In this document: positions 13,012-24,181 of the stretch, one piece after another
How positions within the stretch are numbered: position 1 is the stretch's first letter
Layout of the letters: the number at the start of each line of letters is the position of its first letter
From: Ylistrum balloti
Lineage: Eukaryota
Length of the DNA stretch: 64,000 nt
Reading direction: 5' to 3'
NCBI RefSeq assembly: GCF_031769215.1
Contig: NW_026781945.1
Location: forward strand, 806,001-870,000
The notes under the pieces: model-generated
The model's database searches: none
What the model was told of the DNA's origin: nothing
Seen by the model: the letters and a program-made list of their open reading frames with translations, nothing else
Program-made: the position numbers and the translations under genes

Positions 13012-15043
13012 GTATGTACAACTGGTGGCTTTTTGGCTTTTATCTTTTCTTGTTTTCTACTTAAATTGTTTATTTTGCTTTGCTTTATGTTATTTGTGGA
13101 GGTAAAATTTATTTGAATGTTATATTTCAACATCTTCTCAATTATTAATTTTTTTTTTTTGTAATTAGCAAAAACCCTTTTCATACATTGTGTATATTTC
13201 TCATCCTCAATTCACATTTTACATTCACTATCTTATGAAGAACGTTAAATCTGCATTTAATGTCGATGTTACAGTCATGCGCGAGCATCAATGAAGGGGA
13301 TTTTGTTTTATTTACTTGATGGTTGTGGTTGCATTATGCGGAAAAACTCGCATATATGCCAAAGCAGATAGTTTTTGTTTCTTTTTACTGTGCCAATATA
13401 GGTATGAACTGATATAACGATTTACATCACCAAATTCATATTGTAATTTCTGGTGAAACCTATAAATTCTTAACACTTTGTAAACTTTTACAAGAATATG
13501 AATATGTAATTAAGCAGTTAAGTAGTTTTTATTCAGGAACTTATATTTTGAAGAAGAAAAAAAACGAAGATAAATATGTAAGTTTCAGTGAAATGAGATA
13601 TGGGTGTTAATCTATGTATATGATTATCTCTATAATTAACGATGTAACTGTAAGAAGAAAAATGCAATACCGTAACTGTATGTTGGCAAGTCGCTTTGGA
13701 ATGCGGAAGTCACTGTGGGGTGAAGGTTAGTCTACACAGATAATTCGTACAGTAGTTGCAGTAGTTGGACATTTGGTTATAATTAGACAAAGCCTTAGAG
13801 ACATCATAATACACAATCATTGTCTGTTTGTATCTATTTTGGGCACTTCCGTGTTTGTCGCCAGCTAAAGTACATATATATCGACATAGTCCCAGTATGC
13901 TTCATTAACATTATGCTACATCAGATGTCAGACGTAATGCATTTGATGGAAGGCAGGACACCCCACAGTCAAAGTGACAAGAAAATGCTATAGAGATATA
14001 CTATATTGTAGGAAAATATCATAAGGTAGAAATGTTTGGAATATTACAGAAATATGTAAAATGAAAGGCATATGTTATAGAATATGGATAAGATTTTGTA
14101 TGAATACATTTTATAAAGATATGTCTTACAAGAGAAACGTGTAATATTGTATGTTTATATAGTATAAAAGTAATATGATATCGATAAAAAAGAATGGTAT
14201 GAGGTTTTTTTTTTTTATATAAAACTCAAACAAGAAAGTGAAGACAACAATATGATGTTGTACTATTTTATCATTGGGATTATGTAATATTATAAAACAA
14301 TGATATGTAATATTCCTTCAGTATGCTGTTTTGATATAATAGTAAAAAAAATATCGGATAAAATCACAAAAAGTGAGACTCAATTTTATCGTTGTGTTAA
14401 TTAATTAAGCTTTAATGAATGTTGTAGTCATAGATTTTATCATAGTATCCTATTTGATGAAAGAGTATTTGTCTAAATTGGATATCACACAGACTTATGT
14501 AATGATGTGGAATTTCTTTGGAATGTTGATGAAACACCGGCTTGAGATGTCTGCATGCTAAGAATTGGCAAGCTGCATATTTCATATCTTCAAGCAGAAT
14601 AGACAAGAAAACGAAGATTTTTTTTCCGACAAAAACATCCGCTTTATGCAATTTTCACATTATTTATCACAGTCTTAGGTATAAATCTTCTTCCATACGC
14701 AATGTTTGCAAAGGGCATATTTTCATGGTAACAAAACGAAGCAAATTTTACGAGTAGAGAATTGCCGTTCATGGTTTCATCAATTGATTGTTATAAGTCT
14801 TCGAGAAAAAAAATTGTCAGGAACCAGGATAAAGATGACATCTCGAGAATAGTGAGAAAAGTTAAAGTATTCACATTTCAGAAACACGATTTTTTGTCGC
14901 TTTTTATTCCTTTCTTGAGTGGAACCTGTCTTTGATGGAAACCTGAGAAGATAAAACAATGATTTTAGAAAAAAAAACAACAAAATTTCGACACATGAAA
15001 TGAAAATAAAACTGGTTTAGATCATCCATTACATTTATGAAAG

Positions 15044-18000
15044 TTATGACAAGACAAAAGTTGAAATGACTATTGTAATATTTTGCAAACTCCAACCAAA
15101 TAACATGTTTCCAATATAGACAGATTCCTGCGACAAACTTTCGAATTCCAGTGTAGCTGCTGAGCTTGAGCTTGTCCATGAGCTAACTTAAACAGAATAA
15201 CTTCCTTATACTGCCATTGTTCATCTTAATTTTGACGTTTTAAAAAGATACAATGATATATCGAGAGAAAGTGTGAGCTATGACAGGAAATGAAGCCTTC
15301 AAAATATACAGGCGATAAGTATAAATCGCCAGTGAAACAAGGGGCAGTATATCGAAGCTGTTGTGCTGTGTAACTGCCTTAACTTTTTATATGTAAACAC
15401 CTACATGAGGCATTTGTTGATGAGTGTGCCCTCATGTACCTGCTGATGCTGCAGTGTGCACTTGGCGATGTCCATCATTTCCTGTTAAGATGGCATCTAT
15501 GTTATGTGCTAAATACACCATACTTGTCAGTTTGTGTTATGTGTATGTTGTTCTAACATGTTTTTCGCATTGTTAGCTTAACGTTGTATTGTATCACTAC
15601 TTAATATGTATTTGTTACAGCAGTATCTCATCACTGGCAGCTGAACATAGTAAAACGTTAGTTTTTTTTACCAAAGAAAGTTCAGATTAACGTTATTCTC
15701 AGGTAAAATTCAATTGTAAGAACATACTTTGTATTGTCGGTTTTTACTTCTGTAACCATGACACTAAAAACTAGCTTAAACAGTACAGTAATATTAATAA
15801 TGTAGTTTAAACGTAAACTTTCATCATCTTGACTTGATCATCACTTGTCCATGTAACCAATGAATAACATCTGGTCTAAATAAAAGATGAAAGAATTGTT
15901 ATCTCTTTATAATGGCAAAGAAGGCATTGTTTCATTACGGATGAAACATGAAGGTTTAACCATCACAGAAAAAAATACCTGCATTGGTGTAGATTTATCC
16001 TATAAAAAGTACTTCTACACTTCAATAGATTTTTAATTGCTGTTAAATTCATTTGTTGATATAATCAAATTACAGTTTTATTGTTTGTAGTGTCTTTTAA
16101 TGTCGTTATTGATTAGTAATGTAAAGTAATGTTGTTATGTATTAGATTTCACTATCCGCTTATTTCTCATACTATATGTATCATCTATCGTTATTTTTTT
16201 ATCATTATTTACTTATACAAATGATGATACATACAATCTAATATCTGAAGTATAAACCTAACTTCTTATCCAACAGACGTGAGGTATGTTACAGTGATAC
16301 CTAATATCTACACTCCTTTTTTACTTTAATGATTCATGCATCTAAAAATAGATTTTAAAGTGTGTTCCCATGATGTTATGCAATAACATTACCTTTGCAC
16401 TGAAAGTATCTGTTCGCAGATTTTCAAATTATAATAAATCATTTTTGGTTTATGGTTTTCTTGGCATATGTACCATGACATCACACGTTCAGCTTCCTAA
16501 ACGTGATATCTGTGAAATTGTTTGAAGTTAAAGGTAGTATAGTTGTTGAGGCCTAAAACATATGTTATAAATTAGAAAAATTCTTAAAGCGGTAACGATA
16601 ATGAATCCGGAATTTAAGCAACTGTTTTTCATATAACGTTTTGTAGCACATGATAGTAATTGATTTGATCATGCCGGTCTATAATGCTTAATAGAAGTAC
16701 TTTAAAACTGACAAATTCCATGATAAACGAGGACATAACATTCAGCTTCGTTAAAAAAACGATATATAATTGAAAAATTTGTAAACTCAAAGAAAAAAAA
16801 ATTCTCTAGACAACTGCTAAGTATTAAGATATACACACTTTACCAAAACCAAGAGGACTTAAATCCATACTTTATATTTGTCTTTAAGTTATGAGATCTT
16901 CTAGATATTGAAACTTACAGGCGGATATCACTTTTATGATTTTATGATATATGTCAGAGTACCTCTCAAATAAAACTGGTTCTTACTTTTTCGCCTTAAA
17001 ATGTAATTCAAAGTTTTGTTTATCGTGTTGCCATTCCTATATCTAAGCATTATAACCCTACAGTCGATACTTTAAATGGCATACATATTTAATAATCGCA
17101 CTAGAAACATCATACTAGGTTGTCAAAGTGGAATCAACAACACTCTGAATAATTTAGATGTTTCCTTAACAGTATCATGTCTTTTCGGTTTAAGCAGTCT
17201 TAGATTCATTCTTGTGTTTAATAGTTTTTGGCCAATATTATTCTAAACAGGACTAATTTCAAGAACTTACTTGAAACTTTTTTTTCAAAATCGTAGTCTT
17301 GCCAAAACTTTTCAAATTTCAAGATTGGAATTTGAAGAACCAGCATGAATTTATATATTCATTTTATACATGTTAGTGTCTGTATGACTCATACCGCGCG
17401 CAATGCAAGCGAAAACACGTATGTACGCCAAGTTCGTATGTAAATATGGCAAAGCAGTAGTGCTGAAGTGAGGATAGGTATATATTGCCTCCTTGACTCG
17501 CCCCCTTTCTCCCTTCTGTCATGTTCCGCGCTATCTTTGATTAACATATCGAAGATGCTACTGCTGTTTGGCTTGAGAAGTTAATTGCTTGTGAGAGTCC
17601 ATTACCTTCGTGGAAACAAGTTCCCGCGGTAGGATCCTCGAGATTGAGGAGAGCGATATGTGTGGAAGGTGTGTTGTATCAGTCTAAGGCCTGACTCGGT
17701 ATATATAATGCAACTGGTCAGTTTTAGATCTCTATCTCTTTAATCTGCTATCAGATATACTACATATGCTTCCACAGTGAAGATGAACTATCTGATTTCA
17801 TTATCTTTATGTAATATCTTTACCGTTCTTTGTACCTGTTATATCCCCCTGTTTGCTGACTAGGCAGCGACTTAGATCTTACAAATACCTCACGCAGCAC
17901 AAACAAGAAAAAAACCTACAGGCCATATTTCGGATTAGTGACTTCTTGAGGCACAATCAAATGCGAGCCATATGTCTATTAGGGAAATAAACAACTGTAT

Positions 18001-19329
18001 CAAAGTGTCGACATAACAACTTGAAATTTGGATAAAAAATTCTTGTTTGTGAAAAAATATCATTTATGTAACGTCATTTCTTGGAGCACAAACGTTGTTG
18101 GCAAGGTGTCTACATAGCCTATGGGTTGCCAATAAATTCTTGCAACTGTGGACGAAAAGTCATCTGCAGCAGATACTTACTTGCACGAGAACTGCACACT
18201 TATAATTGAAGTCGAAACGTTGATGTATTCTAGCTATGCAAGCAATTGCGGTGAAAACGTCAATGAGGAATAAAATTTTCATCCAAAATGAGGACAGTAG
18301 AGAATTATTATAAAGGTTCTAAGCCGAACTATTTCACAATGTGCAACCGTCTGTATACAAAATGTCTTTTTGATTTTTTGATTACTGACAAACACTTGTG
18401 GACAAAGCGTGTACAGGATTATGTTTTATTCGTAATAGGCACAAAAGAAGCCAACAGAGAACTTATATGAAATTCAGTTCGTATCGCATAATTTTTTTTT
18501 CTCATTATAACACATTATAAAAATCAAATTGTCATAGAAATATTTTAATTTCTAGTCTTGTTTACCTTTTTCGGGCGAATTTTGTCATCAATAGTGGTTT
18601 TCATTTAATAAAATGTTAAATTCAGACAATTCGTTCAAGGTTTCATTGATTGCTACCTACTGGATAGAGAATTTCATACAGCAATCGTGTTGATAATCAA
18701 CCAAATTACATTCGTCTTAGCAATGTTTAAAAGTGGCGTACAAGATTGATGAAAACAGACTGTTATCATTCAACAGAGCACCTGTGTTGATTTTATCCTG
18801 TCTCACACCTCTCGTTTGATTGTAATACATTATTTGCCTGTCAGCAACAAAGATGTTTTCAAAGATTAAAATGCCAGTAAGGTGTGACTATTAATAACGA
18901 TTATCCTTAATTTATACAGTATAGTTGTCAATTAACAAAGTTATCGTTTCAATATGTCTAATTAATTTTCTAATTGTAATATCATTTCAATATTTATGTT
19001 GTTTCATTCAATATTTGGATGATTTAATACAACAGCAACCTGCCATATGCTGGTTCTGTGACTTGTAGTGATGCTAAGGGCTTTTTTTAAACTTTGGAAG
19101 AGACCGCGGGAAATCAAAATCGTTCCAAGAAATGTCAAAATGAAATTGCAGAGGTTCAGTGACCCTATAATTCCATAAATGCAATTTTCATAATTCCGAT
19201 AGGAACACTGTCATATACCGAAATATATCGAAATCCACATTTGTTTTCCTCTCGATAATACCGCACACGTTTCGATATGATCTGCACAGCTGAATCATCA
19301 AATCTCAGATGCACTGCTGTTTCTTCAAT
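15044..19329 (-). CDS. Candidate 3' exons of a CUB-like extracellular-domain protein (partial)
   Basis: Exons 19329-19219, 18233-18181 and 15182-15044 have AG/GT boundaries and compatible phases (0/0, 0/2, 2/stop). Product: IEETAVHLRFDDSAVQIISKRVRYYREENKCGFRYISLEYINVSTSIISVQFSCNSWTSSSSAATLEFESLSQESVYIGNMLFGWSLQNITIVISTFVLS*. The pattern L.FDD...C...I.LEY...C..SSSS..TLEF.S resembles CUB strands. Confidence 0.35.
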
Positions 19330-20196
19330 CTAAATACACGGGATGATTGATATAGCGCAATAGGCATCTCTCATACATACAGATAACATGTGTTTGGTAG
19401 GAATAGAGTTACCATATACTTTTCCTGCCACATTTAACATAGTAATCCACTCCTTAAAGCGGCAGATCAAAAACAAATAGAATAATTTTATGCTTAATGT
19501 ACATGCTGACGTTCATCTTAAAGAGTAGATCACAAATAAAAAAAAACTAGTAAAACTGACAGGAAAATTTCAAGCAAAAATTGGCAACGGTAACATCAAT
19601 AAAAGTATGATAAGCTTGTTCAGTTTCATAACTTCCGTAAAAATCTTGCAACAGAACTGTGATTTAAATTTTCTTGTTTGTCTCAGCAATAAGCAAGTGA
19701 TTTAAAAATGTTTACTGCAAAGGCAAATTGTTTCAATTATGAAAAAAACTCAGTATTGTGTACCAAAATCATTTGTGATGAAATCACTAATACCCTACAC
19801 ACGGAAAATGTAATTTGCTTTGAGTCATTTGCTTTTTAGGGAAGCTGGAAAAAGTGTCATTCTTTTTAAATGTGTAAACACCTAAGACGTTTTGTTTAGA
19901 ATACTTACATTGCACAGAATTGTAGAATATAGATGTTAGACTTTATCTATTCATTACACGCGTACTTTCCCGACAATCATAAACTACTGGCAGCAGTTCC
20001 AACACTGCTTTACATCAGATAAAAAGAAATCAAAGGAATATTTACAAAGTGGAGTCTTAGAATGCGGTAACAAAATTACCTGTTGTCGATCATTGGCGTA
20101 AAATATCTGTTACGGTATTCACACAAAATAAAGAAGGAATATAAAATGTTACTACGTTGTACATCGAAAAACTAAATGATTCGGAAATACAAATCA

Positions 20197-20488
20197 AAAG
20201 CAACATGTTGATAGCACCATCTGTTACTAGATCGTATTCAATTAAAGCAACATGTTGATAGCACCATCTGTTACTAGATCGTATACAATTAAAACAACAT
20301 GTTGATAGCACCATCTGTTACTAGATCGTATTCAACTAAAGCAACATGTTGATAGCACCATCTGTTACTAGATCGTATTCAATTAAAGCAACATGTTGAT
20401 AGCACCATCTGTTACTAGATCGTATACAATTAAAGCAACATGTTGATAGCACCATCTGTTACTAGATCGTATTCAATTAAAGCAACAT
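20197..20488. repeat. 47-bp minisatellite B, 6.2 copies
   Basis: Unit AAAGCAACATGTTGATAGCACCATCTGTTACTAGATCGTATTCAATT starts at 20197, 20244, 20291, 20338, 20385 and 20432. It contains the palindrome CAACATGTTG and the E-box CATCTG. Confidence 0.97.
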
Positions 20489-23400
20489 TAGAAAGGCTGG
20501 TTACAAAACAAAAACTAACCCAATAAAATGACCGGCTGACAGTTGAATAAGAGGTTGGATCTTCAAAAAAAAGATATCCTGACTTGTTGTGTTAGTAAGA
20601 ATCTTCTCGGATGGGGTAATTTCGAACTAAAATCGAATTTGCAATTTATGTTGTCCGTGATGTGTTATTCTATTCAATACGTTTTTGCCAAATTTTGAGT
20701 TTCAATACGTTTCAAGAGGACAAAATATCGTTTATTAAGGATTGGGATATGTGTAAGACTTGTACAAAGTTATGGATTTTTTTAAAAACTTTATTGAAAT
20801 ATAACTGGCAGAATATATTTTTGATACATTCGCTAGAGATCATAAAATTTATTTCTTTTCTTGTAGAGCGTCCCTTGTTGTATAAGTGCCTCTTTTGGGT
20901 CTTAATGGCATCATTTGTTGCCTCCTGAGGTCTGATTATTATTTTACAGCGCATTTTGCTTATAGCCTTATATCAAAGATGGTTGTTTTATATTTCAACC
21001 TGACGTCTGTTCCTAAGAAGATATTACATTTAACACTTATCCAATAAGGCTGTTGTCTATACCATTCTGTTCTGAAATATACATAATTAGGTCTACTAAA
21101 CTCTTTCATTTATTCAAAATGTGGTTCAAAGGAAAGTATCTTGATTAGATGTTGCAAAGGAAGTATGGGGATGCCAATAACACTTTATGGTCAGTAATTG
21201 AAGAGTACAACAAAAATCCTAGTCTACATTTTGGAGAGTATCCAAGAGATATGCCAGGAATCAACACATACGTCATTCTGCTACACTGGGTGCCTTTGTG
21301 TTGTAGAAGTTTGAGAATTCTCCCTGCTAGGTAGACTCGATTTAATCACTCGGTCATCACAATACACATGTTTCATTATCACAAGCCCATTTTTTTCAAA
21401 CATTAAGAAAGCAAATGAAGTTGATGTATGAAGTTTGCTATTACAAAATCGCAGAGATCAATGGAAACAAAAGGACATTACACGTCCCTTACTGTTGTAT
21501 TGTATTGGGGTTTTATCTATAGACTAGCATGTAGCATTGCTTTCGCCGAAATCTAAAACTGATCGTAAAGGATAAAATGTCTAAAAGATTGGTCCAGATG
21601 TGCTTGCCTCGAATAAGTTGTTATCAGACACTTCAAATCCTGTACCGAAATAAAGCATTAGACAGTATGGAAAAAACTTAATTTTATAGAAAATAATGCT
21701 AATTCTTAAATTCTAGTTAAACGATATTGTTAAACTAGACTCAAACTTTTTTTATATAATAATTATGTAATTCGCGGCATTACTTCCAAGCTATCCTTCC
21801 TAAAATTACATTATTTTGTTGTTTAGCACAAATAAAAAAATAAATTCTAGTATTTAATGATGTTTCTTAACATTCAAGATTTTTGATATGTTTTCAAATT
21901 ATGGTCAGCCTCCTGAAGAACTTTAGACGTCAAATTATGGTAACTCATATATTAATGCTACATTTCTGTTTCATGCGAAAAAAGTTAGATAAAATATGAT
22001 TAACATCAGTTGTAGTGGAGGCGTACGCATTTATTCTGTAGCAGCACTGATTGTGTTTACAGGAAGAACTACGAAAGAATCATTTTACTTGAATAAATGG
22101 ATTCGAATACACAAGTCATATTTACTTAATTAACTCTGACAGGCATAAAATCAAAACCAAGGCACGCGCAAACAGTATGATTATCCATCCGCGCGCATAA
22201 AACCGTGCAAACTTTACCTCAAACAGACGATACAGTGTATTTCCTTATCTGCTGGTACACGCTTGTTATCGTTGACGTATCGTTTGCGTGTGCAGAAACT
22301 AAGAGATAGTCTCAACTTCTAGGATATCTACTGCACGGGTTATCAGCTATCCAATTATACTCCTGTGGAGTCTTCTTTAATACTATCATACTTTATCTAC
22401 TTTACATAAATAGGATTCATGTGGAGGCTCTTAAGCTTGTTAACATTATATCTAAACATCCTGTTGTGTGACAGAAGCAAAAGAATATTTGTTCCAAACT
22501 ACCAAGTTACACAAAATGGGACAGCATTTGTAAAAGTACTAATTTCCCTAGCGCAAATATGTTTATATAAAAGAGATAACTTCGTCAAGATGTGATTGAT
22601 GTGGACGATTTTACTCAGTGATGAGTTCAATTTTAGAGCCACTAATCGTCATGGATATTGATCCCTATTATCATTTCTTTGTTAATGTGGCTTATGTGAA
22701 AATAGGAAATAGCGCGTTTTAAAAAATCTCTAGAATGATGGTTTCTAAAATATGTAGATTTCTCTTTGAGAATTGTATTTATAAAATATAAGATAAAACC
22801 TGATTCCATATTTCGAGAAAACCTCCAATAGCTTAAAAGAAAAATGATAAATTTACGTCTTTTCTATGTTAAAACTACATAATGGAATATAGTTCACTAA
22901 AAGTATACAATTTATCTTTTGCTTAGGTTATTAGGTTTAAACCTTCTTGAAAACAAATTAAGCATTTCATTAAGAGTCATCATTATAAAAAGCTAGGTTG
23001 TATGATTCTTACCTTAAACCCTGATCATCAGAACAATAAGTCGCATTATCAGTATGACGTAAAATAATTGTTTAAATACAGAACTGTACTAATGTTTACC
23101 AGGCGCAAACAGCAACACAAACATCGATAGAAGTTGATTTATCTGACTACTCCTTATCCATAGCAGAACTATCTGTTAGAGAGAGAGAAATAGACACATC
23201 TATGTAAACAAATATCTATTTTCGCGTCAGCAGAACCATTCGCCCGCTTTATGACTCATACTGAAGTATATAACACAAGGAAACGAGGTCGTGGACAATT
23301 GAGTTCTGTTTTGTAAATATATTTTATATGTCTGCGCTATTTTTAGATATGCACGTACGTTGAGTCATGCAAACGGTATATCGTTTAATGATTGTTCATG

Positions 23401-24118
23401 TAAAGCACGTGCACAATGTATGCTTTCGTAACACACATCTTTCATTATTAACATTTTAGTCATGAATTCTAAGGACTAAATAAATGATAAATTTATCACT
23501 GTTATATAAATAAATTTCTTTGGTCAAAAATAAACTACTTGTGAGGAATAAACCATAACTTTTCTATACAAATTCAATGTAGATACGAACACACAAATTT
23601 GCCAAAAGAATTGACTACATTTGAATGTCTTCTGCCATTTCGTTATCTTGTTGTTCTCGGGTATATAAATATTGACAACATCTGAAATCATACGGTAGTT
23701 ATCCTCAAATTTTAATATCAAATTTGAAAATAAATATTCTGAACTCTTAACAATAATATTAAATCTTTATCAAATAAGATCTCAATAATTTGAATAAATC
23801 TTACTTATTAACATTAACTTTCATTTGATATAGTTATTTGACTTTCCTTTTTCCCAGAATGTTAGTTTTAGTTTCTTGAGTTTTCAATATTTTACAAATA
23901 ATAAGCTACAATTTTTTATACATATTTTATTAAGTAGCAAGTAGAAATTTATAACAGTAAGTAGTAGGAATGTACATTGTTAAATTAATACGCTATTAGT
24001 ATAGTATATACATGTATATGTATGTTTACTAACAATCCACATATTTACAGGTGTGGGAAGGTGTGTCAAATTTTCGGTTTTCTGCATCAGCATCTGATAA
24101 CCCAAAAACTGCTTCAAC

Positions 24119-24181
24119 ATGAGCAACACGAGAGCGCAAAAATCTGGAGCCGCTTGGGGCATTGAAAAGAAAATGGAGGAA
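24119..24181 (+). CDS. Alternative start exon A of the CH gene (MSNTRAQKSGAAWGIEKKMEE)
   Basis: Acceptor ttttctgcatcAG at 24090, in-frame upstream stops, tcaacATG, phase-0 donor GTAAGC at 24182. Confidence 0.88.
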
